Part shown: positions 29,019 to 37,245 of the stretch, piece after piece
Position numbering within the stretch: the stretch's first letter is position 1
Layout: each line of letters begins with the position of its first letter
NCBI GenBank assembly: GCA_045661085.1
Contig: JAZRFA010000099.1
Location: forward strand, 1-57,252
Direction: 5' to 3'
DNA from: Bacteroidaceae bacterium
GTDB lineage: Bacteria; Bacteroidota; Bacteroidia; Bacteroidales; Bacteroidaceae
Length of the DNA stretch: 57,252 nt
Position numbers and translations under genes: made by a program
Notes under the pieces: model-generated
The model's database searches: none
What the model was told of the DNA's origin: nothing
The model's input: the letters and a program-made list of their open reading frames with translations, nothing else

Positions 29019-29052
29019 GAGGGGTGCGGTAATTACCGCACCCCTCGCTTTT
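29019..29052 (+). terminator. intrinsic terminator of giant gene 2
   Basis: GAGGGGTGCGGT-aatt-ACCGCACCCCTC forms a perfect 12-bp stem followed by GCTTTT. A second hairpin, TTGGcTCAGCGAT...ATCGCTGAaCCAA, lies at 28978-29008. Confidence 0.85.
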
Positions 29053-29083
29053 GGTAAGCATCCGATAAAATACATCTTGTAGT

Positions 29084-29135
29084 AGTTGTAGTTGTGTTAT
29101 ACTTTTGCCCCGCAATAGTGCACACAACTACAACT
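29084..29135. repeat. 14-bp perfect inverted repeat with 24-nt spacer at the right edge of island A
   Basis: AGTTGTAGTTGTGT (29084-29097) pairs with ACACAACTACAACT (29122-29135). Confidence 0.6.
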
Positions 29136-29258
29136 GTTATAAATATGAATTAAGAAGAATTACCGTGGTGTTTCCTTTCGCACACAATCCTGTTCGATGG
29201 TGAAATTACTATTACAAATTATTGCCGGGAATATTTCTTCTATGTTCGGTTTGCACTA

Positions 29259-29360
29259 ATTCTCGGCCGCATCACCATCGGGCACGATGCCGTCATCGGT
29301 GGCAACGTGTGGGTCACCGAGGACGTACCTCCTGGAACCAAGGTACTGCAACGGCGATAA
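29259..29360 (+). pseudogene. displaced 3' end of a cysE allele (last 33 codons plus stop), lacking the rest of the gene
   Basis: It aligns codon for codon with 5655-5756. I count 86/102 identical nt and 31/33 identical aa (ILGRITIGHDAVIGGNVWVTEDVPPGTKVLQRR*). Nearly all differences are synonymous third-position changes. Homology stops at the stop codon and at the ILGR codons. Confidence 0.85.
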
Positions 29361-29408
29361 GGGTGAGTCTGGAAAGCGTTGGACTCTTTGTATCGTAGAA
29401 ACCCCAAA

Positions 29409-29437
29409 GAAGAGAAGCCAAGACTAGGCTTCTCTTC
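29409..29437. terminator. terminator-like hairpin, homologous to 34050-34085
   Basis: GAAGAGAAGCC-aagacta-GGCTTCTCTTC shares the AAGAGAAGC core with the hairpin beside the intact tRNA. It sits at the same distance from the tRNA-derived sequence. Confidence 0.55.
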
Positions 29438-29447
29438 CTGTTGTGGT

Positions 29448-29485
29448 ATCTAGGGCCTGGATCTAGGACCTCCAGATTATGAGTC
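29448..29485 (-). pseudogene. displaced tRNA 3'-half fragment (anticodon stem-loop through T-arm)
   Basis: 35/38 nt are identical to 34096-34133 of the intact tRNA. Identity ends inside the anticodon stem-loop. The three mismatches destroy the TTC of the T-loop, and the acceptor 3' strand is degraded. Confidence 0.8.
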
Positions 29486-29580
29486 GTGCCAAGTATGCTA
29501 GAGGTTTGATGCGACATATTGCGCTTATTATTGCACATATCCAATCTTTTATATACCTTTACGCATTCAAACGCGAAATA

Positions 29581-32500
29581 ATGCCTAGAACTATGAAACG
29601 CATCATCTCCTTATGTCTCGCAACAGCATTGTGCATCGTTTCCATAGCACAGAATGTAACAACATCCAGCAGCTCCATGACTACGAGTCCTTGGGCAGTA
29701 AGTGTACCCTACAACATTGCCGATGAGGGCACGAAGTATGAATTCAAGTTCGGCATGGGTGGCTGGAGCTGGGACTTCTTTGCCCTCCAGCAACGCAACC
29801 ACTGCGGCAAGGAGAACCTCGACATCGCTCGTGTGGGGTTTAATGGCCGCTTCGACAAGGCCTACGACGCCCTCACCGCTGAGCAGAAGAACACTATGGA
29901 TACCGAGCTCCGCAACATTGTGCAGACGGGTGTGAAGTCCATCTTCCTCCTGTGCGGTATCGGTAACCTGGGCGACCAGCTGGGCGACCTCACCAGTGCT
30001 CCCGTATGGAACGAGACGACACGCACCAACTATGTGAACGATATCGTGCGCGCCGTGGAGTATGTAGAAGGCAAGGGCTACAAGGTGTTTGCCGTGGCTC
30101 CCTTCAATGAACCCGACTTCGAGAAGACCTATACGGGTACTGCTACCAACTTCAATGCCGTGGCTGCCATCATGCAGACAAAGCCCCAGTTGGCAGGCAG
30201 GGTGTTCGGCCCCAGCACACTCAACAGCTCTGAGGCTCCCAAGTGGTACGCCACCGTAAAGAATAACGTCAACTATGCCAATACCCACCAGTTGGCAGGT
30301 GGTAAGTTCTCCGACTATACGGGATTCTGGGCACAGGCCTATAAGGATGGCAAGTACCCCGTGGCCGACGAGATGCACAATGTGATGGAGGCGATGGTGT
30401 GTATCAACTATGGTGGCGTGGCCGGCACCTGGTGGGGATGGGACGGTATCACCCGAGGAGAGTATATCCGCATGATCAAGGGCGGCACGCAGCTCGCCTA
30501 TAAGGAGCGCCCCAATGAGTGGATGACAGCCTCGGTAAACAAATATACGGGCGAGAACGGGCGCGTAGAGGCCTTCATCGGTACCTCGGAGCGTCAGGCC
30601 AAGGCCTCGGCATTCACCTTCGTCTCTAAGGACCGACTGGCCTACTATGATGGCCACGGCCCTGCCTATGACCACACCGAGGAGGTGCCGGGCGACCCCA
30701 CAGGAGCCTATCAGAAGGGGCAGACCAATGCCGAGCGCCTCATCCAGATCCATACCGGTGAGGATGTGCCTGTGGAGCCCATTAACGGACAATATAAGAT
30801 CGTCAACAAGGCCACTGGCAAGGTGCTCTCGCTCAATGGAGGCAGGGCCGTGCGCGGTAACGTATACCAATGGGCCGATGGCGGACAGGACAACCAGGCG
30901 TGGGACGTATACCCCATCGACAAGTACATGAAGAATGCCGACGGAGCAAGTATCGTCGCCGACTACAGCTACTCGGTCATCCGTAACGCCAACACCTCGG
31001 GCGTTCCTCTCTACCTTGACGCACAGCAGTGGGCCATGGATAGCGGGGCGAATGTGACGGTACAGTCTGATGGGGATGCCTTGAGCACGAACCCCAATGT
31101 GTGGCAGCGCTGGCACTTGCGCTATATGGGCGACGGGTACTACCAGATCATCAACCACTTCACGGGACTGCACGTAGGCGTTATTGGGGGTAACACCGCC
31201 AATGGTGCCAATGTGGTGGAGCTGAACAATAACGGAGGCGACAACCTGTTGTGGAAGTTTATCCCTGCCGACAGCAAGGTGGAGACCACCGCTCCTGAGG
31301 CTCCCACGGGGCTGACGACAACAGCACAGTCGGGTGCCGTGAAACTGACTTGGACCGCCAACGGCGAAACCGACCTCTACGGCTACATGGTGTACCGCTA
31401 TAACGACGAGGTTGGTATATGGGAGTGTATAGGCCGTAAGGTCAAGGGTACCACATTCATCGATAACACCTGCCGTAAGGGACAGCCCCTGCGCTACCGC
31501 ATCAAGGCACTCGACGCGGCATATAACTTGAGTGAGGCATCGGCTGAGGCGACAGGACAGACTGCTGCCGACAATGCCCGTATCGCCCAATGGACCGGCC
31601 TATCGAACAGGGACAATGGCAGCAACAAGCTCCATGCCGTATTGAATGGAGTGACGCTGACAACCAGTGGCAGCCGCCCCGTCTTCTCATTTGATGGAGA
31701 GGATGACTACATGAAGCTCCCCTATCACGTGGGCGACATGGAGCAGATGACCTTCACCGCATGGGTCAAGGGGGGCAGCACTACCGCTTGGCAGCGCATC
31801 TTCGACTTCGGCAATGGCGAGGATGAGTATCTCTTCCTCACGCCTACCAATGGCAGCACGATGCGGTTTGAGATAAAGAAAGATGGTGTCGTACAGGGGC
31901 TCAACGCCACCACGGCACTCGGCACCAGCTCATGGAAGCATATCGCTGTGACCATCGGCACCAGCGGTGTGAGCATCTACATCGATGGAGAGCTCAACGC
32001 CTCCACCGCAGACATCACCCTGCGCCCGTCAGATGTGGCTCCCGCAATGAGCTACCTGGGTCGTTCGCAGTTTGATGCCGACCCCGCCTTCAAGGGAACG
32101 ATGAGCGACGTGCGCATCTACAACTATGCCCTCACCGCGGAGGAAGTGAAGTCTGTATCCGAGGAGACCGTGGTCGCCGAAGGTGTTGACATCACAGCAG
32201 AGCGCATTCCAGGCGTAGCTGATGACTTGAATAACTGGACCTACACGGGCTCGTGGGCCACATGGACAGACGAGACGGAGAATGCCGGCACACTGACCTC
32301 GCCCTATGTGCGCACCACAGCTGCAGGGGTAAGCACGCTGAGCAAGACCCTTACCTATCTGCCCGAGGGCCAGTACAAGCTGGAGGCCAATGTATATGCC
32401 TACTACAACAGCTATTCTGCGAGAAAGAATCAGCATCTGTACCTCAACGACCAGACACTGACCATCAACTCTGCAAGAAACCGCACAGCTACCCTGCGCA

Positions 32501-33834
32501 GCATCATCGGTACCGTGGCGGCTGACGGCAAGATGGAGTTTGGCCTCAAGGCCACCTCTTCGACCAGTGCCACCAATATGGCTATGGACAATGTGAAGCT
32601 GGTATACCAGGGTACAGTGGACGAATATATCGAGGGCATCAACGCTATGGGCAACGATGTGTATGCTGAGGCTTTGACGCTCGTGGACAAACCGATGAAT
32701 GCCACCGCAAAGGCTGCATTGCAGGCTGTGGTTGAGGCCATGACAGTGGCCAAGGATGCCTATACCGCCCACGTCAAGGGTGGCACAGCCTCTTCGGCGG
32801 ATGTCGAGGCGTGGATAAGCGCATTGGAGGGCATACCTGCCGCTGTGAGAAGTGCCAAGGTGTCCATTGAGGCCTACAAGCCACTGGCAGAGCAGGTTGC
32901 GGCTGCACATACCAAAGCTGCTACCTACCCGCAGGAGAATGGCAATGAGGCATTTGCCGAGGAGCTGGGTGCTGTGGAGGCCAAGCTTGTAGCAGGCGAA
33001 TATGCCGACAGCGACATCGCAGCCGTTATCCTTGAGGTCAAGGGAATCACTAACCGCTACCTGATGGCCGATGCCATGGTAGAGGCGAGCAGAAAGAACC
33101 CCTTCGATGTGACCGCCCTGGTGGTCGAGCAGGCCTCCTTTGAGGACAATGCCTGCACCTCGTGGATCGTCTCTCCCGCTCCGACATCGATGGCCTATGG
33201 CATGGTCGAGTTCTCCAACACCACCTTCGACATGTACCAGGTGCTTTATGGTATGCCTGCCGGTGTATATCAGCTGCAGGCACAGGCCTTCTACCGCTAT
33301 GGTGGAGCAACAGCCCACTACTCGGCCTATACCAACGGAAGCATCAAGCGCAATGTCAAGCTCTACATCAGCCATGTCTCGGCTGGAACCAACACTGCCG
33401 ATGTGATGGCCATCTCTGACGATCCGTCGGAGGTCCATGAGACGGGCGAGTGGTCGACCCGACTGTATGAGGGTCATCCCGTACCCGATGACATGGTGGC
33501 AGCTGGCGAAGCTTTCGATACCCACCGCAAATATATGCCTAAGGAGGGATACAACAGTGTAGAGGCCAAGGTTACTGAGATTGGCGACCTCACCATCGGT
33601 GCCAAGAAGGAGGCCAAGAGGTCGAGCGACTGGAGCGTTATCGGAGGTTTCAGCCTCCTCTACCTGGGCGATGGAGAAGAGGGGGACGACATGGATGTGG
33701 AAGCGATCACTTCCAGTGAGGCCACCGTGGTAGCTATCTACAACGTCAGCGGCATACGCATCACCACCATGCAGAAGGGTCTCAATATCCTCCATATGAG
33801 CGATGGCACGACGGTCAAGGTGCTGGTGAAATAG
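29581..33834 (+). CDS. multidomain secreted protein: GH clan-A-like TIM barrel + ricin-B lectin + FN3 + LamG/concanavalin-like + two jelly-roll-like domains + T9SS CTD
   Basis: Signal peptide MKRIISLCLATALCIVSIAQN. ATG 29581 or 29593 is the likely start, since the track start 29479 lies in the tRNA fragment. Domain evidence: FAVAPFNEPDFE (NEP acid/base-like motif); QYKIVNKATGKVLSLNG...YQWADGGQDNQAWDV (QxW ricin repeats); PEAPTGLTTTAQSGAVKLTWTANGETDLYGYMVYRY (FN3); FDGEDDYMKLPY...TFTAWVKGG...WKHIAVTI...SIYIDGEL...VRIYNYALTAEEV (LamG). The C-terminus VVAIYNVSGIRITTMQKGLNILHMSDGTTVKVLVK is a T9SS CTD. Confidence 0.85.
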   Translation: MPRTMKRIISLCLATALCIVSIAQNVTTSSSSMTTSPWAVSVPYNIADEGTKYEFKFGMGGWSWDFFALQQRNHCGKENLDIARVGFNGRFDKAYDALTAEQKNTMDTELRNIVQTGVKSIFLLCGIGNLGDQLGDLTSAPVWNETTRTNYVNDIVRAVEYVEGKGYKVFAVAPFNEPDFEKTYTGTATNFNAVAAIMQTKPQLAGRVFGPSTLNSSEAPKWYATVKNNVNYANTHQLAGGKFSDYTGFWAQAYKDGKYPVADEMHNVMEAMVCINYGGVAGTWWGWDGITRGEYIRMIKGGTQLAYKERPNEWMTASVNKYTGENGRVEAFIGTSERQAKASAFTFVSKDRLAYYDGHGPAYDHTEEVPGDPTGAYQKGQTNAERLIQIHTGEDVPVEPINGQYKIVNKATGKVLSLNGGRAVRGNVYQWADGGQDNQAWDVYPIDKYMKNADGASIVADYSYSVIRNANTSGVPLYLDAQQWAMDSGANVTVQSDGDALSTNPNVWQRWHLRYMGDGYYQIINHFTGLHVGVIGGNTANGANVVELNNNGGDNLLWKFIPADSKVETTAPEAPTGLTTTAQSGAVKLTWTANGETDLYGYMVYRYNDEVGIWECIGRKVKGTTFIDNTCRKGQPLRYRIKALDAAYNLSEASAEATGQTAADNARIAQWTGLSNRDNGSNKLHAVLNGVTLTTSGSRPVFSFDGEDDYMKLPYHVGDMEQMTFTAWVKGGSTTAWQRIFDFGNGEDEYLFLTPTNGSTMRFEIKKDGVVQGLNATTALGTSSWKHIAVTIGTSGVSIYIDGELNASTADITLRPSDVAPAMSYLGRSQFDADPAFKGTMSDVRIYNYALTAEEVKSVSEETVVAEGVDITAERIPGVADDLNNWTYTGSWATWTDETENAGTLTSPYVRTTAAGVSTLSKTLTYLPEGQYKLEANVYAYYNSYSARKNQHLYLNDQTLTINSARNRTATLRSIIGTVAADGKMEFGLKATSSTSATNMAMDNVKLVYQGTVDEYIEGINAMGNDVYAEALTLVDKPMNATAKAALQAVVEAMTVAKDAYTAHVKGGTASSADVEAWISALEGIPAAVRSAKVSIEAYKPLAEQVAAAHTKAATYPQENGNEAFAEELGAVEAKLVAGEYADSDIAAVILEVKGITNRYLMADAMVEASRKNPFDVTALVVEQASFEDNACTSWIVSPAPTSMAYGMVEFSNTTFDMYQVLYGMPAGVYQLQAQAFYRYGGATAHYSAYTNGSIKRNVKLYISHVSAGTNTADVMAISDDPSEVHETGEWSTRLYEGHPVPDDMVAAGEAFDTHRKYMPKEGYNSVEAKVTEIGDLTIGAKKEAKRSSDWSVIGGFSLLYLGDGEEGDDMDVEAITSSEATVVAIYNVSGIRITTMQKGLNILHMSDGTTVKVLVK

Positions 33835-33882
33835 ACTACTAATAAGCTGAAGTCCATTGTTTTAGAAACAAAATAAAGTTTT

Positions 33883-33965
33883 GTCATCCTGAACGAACGT
33901 GAAGGATCTCGCGCTGGAACTTCGCATGAGACGTTTGCGAGATCCTTCACTACGCTCAGGATGAC
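33883..33965. repeat. 83-bp palindromic element (GTCATCCTGAACGAACGTGAAGGATCTCGC ... GCGAGATCCTTCACTACGCTCAGGATGAC)
   Basis: ~29-bp inverted arms. It resembles the GTCATCCTGAGCG...GAAGGATC palindromic intergenic repeats that I recall as widespread in Bacteroidota. Confidence 0.7.
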
Positions 33966-34049
33966 AGAGACCTCTGGGTAAACTACTATGTTATTGCTAT
34001 GATGTTTGACAGAGAGAGGGGGGGAGTTGTAAGTGCAAATAAGCAAAAG

Positions 34050-34085
34050 AAAGAAGAGAGAAGCACATCTGCTTCTCTCTTCTTT
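34050..34085. terminator. bidirectional terminator hairpin (1451-aa gene / tRNA)
   Basis: AAAGAAGAGAGAAGC-acatct-GCTTCTCTCTTCTTT forms a perfect 15-bp stem with T-runs on both strands. Confidence 0.8.
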
Positions 34086-34089
34086 GTCG

Positions 34090-34163
34090 TGGGCCATCTA
34101 GGGCTTGAACCTAGGACCTCCAGATTATGAGTCTGTTGCTCTAACCAACTGAGCTAAAAGCCC
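34090..34163 (-). tRNA. tRNA with CAT anticodon (Met, or Ile2 if lysidine-modified)
   Basis: The reverse complement is GGGCTTTTAGCTCAGTTGGTTAGAGCAACAGACTCATAATCTGGAGGTCCTAGGTTCAAGCCCTAGATGGCCCA. It has a D-arm GCTC/GAGC, an anticodon loop CTCATAA, a T-arm CTAGG-TTCAAGC-CCTAG and a 7-bp acceptor stem with one U-U mismatch. No CCA is encoded. Confidence 0.85.
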
Positions 34164-34329
34164 GACACAAATGCGAGGTCTCCCCCGTTTGCGGATACAA
34201 AAGTACGTGCTTTATTTGAATCCACCAAGAATTTTAGTCAAAAAGAACTAAAAAACTGTTTTTTGCAATTGCTCATAGGAGTGAAGAGTCTCATCCGGAT
34301 GGTGTCCTCTAACCCATCACCATTACTCG

Positions 34330-34995
34330 TCACTCCCTGCCGAAGTGTCCTCTCGCGGGGCGGTAGTAGCCTCGGCTCATGGGGACGTGCTCCATCACCC
34401 CCTGGGCGATGTACTCCTTGAGCAGCGCGCGGGCGGCGGTCTCCTTATATCCGCAGAGGATGGCAAACTGCTTCACGGTGATGGCCTCGTTGCCCTTCTC
34501 GGCGAAGTACTCGTAGAGTGCCATATCGAGCGACTCGGCATCGGTGGGCTCGAGGCAGTGGTTGTCTATCTTGAAGGTCACGCTCTGCAGCTGCTTCAGC
34601 AACAGAGCACCGGGCTTGAAGCTGACGCTGCCCACCTCGATGTCGGCAGGGCGCAGGCGTGTGCCCGGCTCCTTGAGTTCCTTGGTGCGTACGTCGAGGG
34701 ACAGTATGCCTAGTTCGCCCAGCTCTACGCGCTGACCATTGGCTAGGGCCTCGGCGATGATAACCTCAAGCATGCTCCATGCGGCTATCACATCGGACTG
34801 GGTCACCGTGCAGCGCTGTTGGGTAATGGCACCCATCTCCTCCATGTCGATCTTCTCTTGCGGTACGAGGGTGGCTCCCACGCCCCATGCCTGGCTATCG
34901 GCACTGCCATTCATCTTGCGGCGGCGGATGGCACGACAGTGCATTACGGGACTGCTGTCGCTCGGCTTAATCTTGGTATTTGGGTTTCGTTTCAT
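34330..34995 (-). CDS. HU-like DNA-binding protein with C-terminal extension (HU-HIG type)
   Basis: 221 aa. The central segment ITQQRCTVTQSDVIAAWSMLEVIIAEALANGQRVELGELGILSLDVRTK resembles the HU/IHF fold arrangement of the Bacteroidales histone-like proteins often found next to DUF3987 genes. The family call is from memory. Confidence 0.55.
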   Translation of the reverse strand: MKRNPNTKIKPSDSSPVMHCRAIRRRKMNGSADSQAWGVGATLVPQEKIDMEEMGAITQQRCTVTQSDVIAAWSMLEVIIAEALANGQRVELGELGILSLDVRTKELKEPGTRLRPADIEVGSVSFKPGALLLKQLQSVTFKIDNHCLEPTDAESLDMALYEYFAEKGNEAITVKQFAILCGYKETAARALLKEYIAQGVMEHVPMSRGYYRPARGHFGRE

Positions 34996-35086
34996 AGGTT
35001 CTTGTTTTTATGAGTGTAAAGATAATAAAAGTTTTTGATAACAATATAAATGTATACCTAAACGTCTTATGTCATGCGCATAACTT

Positions 35087-35122
35087 TCGGTAGGTTCATC
35101 GGTAGGTTTTTCGGTAGGTTCT
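35087..35122 (+). repeat. three tandem 12-bp repeats TCGGTAGGTTnn (plus a fourth copy at 35166-35175)
   Basis: Copies start at 35087, 35099 and 35111 with an exact 12-bp period. This is the reverse complement of the CCTACCGAAA array at 37584-37629. Confidence 0.8.
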
Positions 35123-35173
35123 TAATACGGAAGTGTTATGATAAACAGCAAGATAACCTGTAGTTTCGGTAGG

Positions 35174-36841
35174 TCATGCAACCTGCTTATATTTTTTTGC
35201 GACATGCGCCACCTTGCAGTACACTCCCTTCTTCAGGCGTTGTATATATCCTTTGGTATACAGTGTGCGAAGGTGTAGCCCTACGGCACGCTCCTTGATG
35301 CCTAACTCCTCCCCAATCTTATTGGCCGTAGCTGTGGTGAACTGCCTGGACAATAGTTGGAAGAAGGCAAGGGCACTCACCTTGGGTTGCTTGGGCCTAT
35401 CCTTTTCCTCACGGCGCAGGCGATTGTAGATGGCCGAGGTCTGCATCATGGTGTAGAAGATATAGGCCAATCCCCAGCGGAGGTCCTCCTCGGTGGTGGT
35501 GAACACCTTCTCCTCGAACAGCCCCTCTGCCGTGCCCATAGCTTCGTGGCGACGGAGCACGGCAATAATCATCAGCATACGGTAGAGGTTGAGTCGGGTG
35601 CGCAGGATGGGCGCGCGCAAGTCCCTGTCTGGCTGGGTGAGGGCAATGAAAGTCACCAGCTGACGGTAATAGTCATTGATCATCTCACGATGGGCATCGC
35701 TGAGCATCAGGCGGGGCAGCTCCTCATCCGTCTTTCCATCAAACTGGCGCAGCTCGCTCCATATCGCGGTGAGCTGACCACGATAATGAGAGTACACATC
35801 ATTGAAGGCCTCGGCCATCGCTTCATCCATCTCGTCGCGCACGTCGCTCTTGGCGGGCAGGTTGTGGTAGAGGAAGCGGGTCGAGAGGCCATCTTCGAGG
35901 TTAGGGATGAAGGCACGCACCGACGACTCCGTACCCGTAGCCACAAGGGCGAGGCGGGTGTGCTCGATGCGGAAGTCCTCATCGTCGGTCTTGCGGGCCG
36001 TGTGCAGGGGCTCCTCGTTCTGTGCCGCCAGCATCATATACGTGAAGTCGCCGAAGGCGGTGCGGTTGGCGGCATTCAGCTCGGCCAGCTCGGGGATGTG
36101 CAGGTAGGAGATTTGGCCTCCATTGGCATAGAGCAGCTTGTGGTAATTGGCTGCCGTGGTCTTCGAGGGCAGCTTGTGCATGCGGCGTAGGGGCTTCTCG
36201 GGTTCGTCCACATCGCTTGCAATATCATGGATGTCTACCAGCTGGCTGAGGTCACGCCTTGCGGCTCCATCGAGCTGCTTGCCCAATCGTTCGTAGCGCT
36301 TCTGCTTCTTGCGATAGTCGACCATCTCCTGTGCCGACTCGGCGCAGATGATCTCGTTGATCTCATCGACTAGGCTCGCCACATCACCCACGGCGCCCTT
36401 GCCCGAGGCGGAGGGGCCGATGCACACGTTCATCATGCCCAGTGAGTAGAGACGACGCTCGTGACGCACGCGTACATTACTCATTGCCGAGCCCAGGGTG
36501 GGCATCATGGCCATGAGGAGCATGGTGCGGATGTCGGCATCCTCATACATTGAGAGGGGTTCGCTCATCATCTGCGGCAGATGCTTCACCATCGTGCCGG
36601 GCAGGGCGCAGGGTACCACTACGCCATCCTCATCTGTTTGAGCGTTCATTAAGGTTAAAGGGGCTGCTACAAGCCCCTGGGCGACCTCGCCGAGCAGAGG
36701 GAACTCCTCCTGCATGGTTTCTCTCAGGGTGTCGGCATACGATAGGGGTTGAGTGTCCAAGTTTTTGAGTTCTTGAGTTGGTAGGTTTTCCATAGTTTGT
36801 GCGTTGTTTAGTTCTTCGGTTTTGGGGGGTGTTTGTGTCAT
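35174..36841 (-). CDS. DUF3987-like P-loop protein (mobile-element replication/helicase-associated family)
   Basis: 555 aa with a Walker-A-like CIGPSASGKGAV and a C-terminal wHTH-like tail (IGEELGIKERAVGLHLRTLYTKGYIQRLKKGVY). Its size and organisation match the DUF3987 proteins I recall from Bacteroidales integrated elements. Confidence 0.55.
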   Translation of the reverse strand: MTQTPPKTEELNNAQTMENLPTQELKNLDTQPLSYADTLRETMQEEFPLLGEVAQGLVAAPLTLMNAQTDEDGVVVPCALPGTMVKHLPQMMSEPLSMYEDADIRTMLLMAMMPTLGSAMSNVRVRHERRLYSLGMMNVCIGPSASGKGAVGDVASLVDEINEIICAESAQEMVDYRKKQKRYERLGKQLDGAARRDLSQLVDIHDIASDVDEPEKPLRRMHKLPSKTTAANYHKLLYANGGQISYLHIPELAELNAANRTAFGDFTYMMLAAQNEEPLHTARKTDDEDFRIEHTRLALVATGTESSVRAFIPNLEDGLSTRFLYHNLPAKSDVRDEMDEAMAEAFNDVYSHYRGQLTAIWSELRQFDGKTDEELPRLMLSDAHREMINDYYRQLVTFIALTQPDRDLRAPILRTRLNLYRMLMIIAVLRRHEAMGTAEGLFEEKVFTTTEEDLRWGLAYIFYTMMQTSAIYNRLRREEKDRPKQPKVSALAFFQLLSRQFTTATANKIGEELGIKERAVGLHLRTLYTKGYIQRLKKGVYCKVAHVAKKYKQVA

Positions 36842-37034
36842 ATTATATAAGTTTTAAGGGTTAGTAAAAGCTTTTCAAAGTTCATTGTCGCAAAATCGCG
36901 GTTAAGCGAGAGCAGAGATAAGCTTGTTTGTCTATGCCGAGCGATAGCGATTAAGCGGAAGAATGAATATCGGATGCGATATTCCGAGATCTTTTTTAAA
37001 GAGCTCGAAAGGGTGTAATCCCTTAATTCTTTCG

Positions 37035-37042
37035 CAAAGGTA
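37035..37042 (-). promoter_or_regulatory. candidate -7 box TAccTTTG (minus strand) for the DUF3987 gene
   Basis: The plus strand reads CAAAGGTA, an exact TAnnTTTG on the minus strand ~190 nt upstream of ATG 36841. Confidence 0.35.
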
Positions 37043-37161
37043 ATACAAATATTTTTAATGATTTCAGGTTGATTTTCAGTGGATAATGGCATCAGAAAAG
37101 GCACTACTGAACGCCGATTTTCGCTTTACATTCCTCCGTTTTTCTCACTACTCAAATCATT

Positions 37162-37245
37162 CCGCGGTAACTACCGCGGTATGGCGCGATAACTACCGCG
37201 CCACACCTCGCTAACTACCGAGGAGCACCGCGGTAGTTACCGCGG
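37162..37245. repeat. iteron cluster: TAACTACCG x3 at 22-bp spacing plus one inverted copy, bounded by an 18-bp inverted repeat
   Basis: Direct copies lie at 37168, 37190 and 37212, and the inverted CGGTAGTTA at 37231. CCGCGGTAACTACCGCGG (37162-37179) pairs with CCGCGGTAGTTACCGCGG (37228-37245). An A/T-rich tract follows at 37344-37368. Confidence 0.75.

Noticed and set aside
29084-29135. 14-bp inverted repeat at the edge of island A, considered as an invertase site for a phase-variable promoter
   Set aside because: There is a single inverted-repeat pair only 24 nt apart, no promoter box inside, and no recombinase gene nearby. It is more likely a hairpin or element-end remnant, so it is listed as a repeat feature only.
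29611-33795. 659-aa and 588-aa minus-strand ORFs (29611-31590, 32029-33795) opposite the 1451-aa gene
   Set aside because: They are typical GC-rich antisense shadow ORFs, rich in Gly/Arg/His/Val with no recognisable motifs. The plus-strand ORF has a signal peptide and ricin, FN3, LamG and CTD motifs.
5757-34089. Searched both islands for integrase, transposase, reverse transcriptase (DGR), relaxase or phage genes
   Set aside because: No ORF in any frame shows R..HxxR..Y, DDE, YxDD or relaxase-like motifs. The islands contain only the three T9SS cargo genes and the 58-aa ORF. Absence is reported in the finding rather than inventing a mobility gene.
36838-37104. 88-aa minus-strand ORF immediately upstream of the DUF3987 gene
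   Set aside because: It spans the AGCGAG-type repeat and the candidate promoter. It has no recognisable features and is probably leader or promoter DNA.
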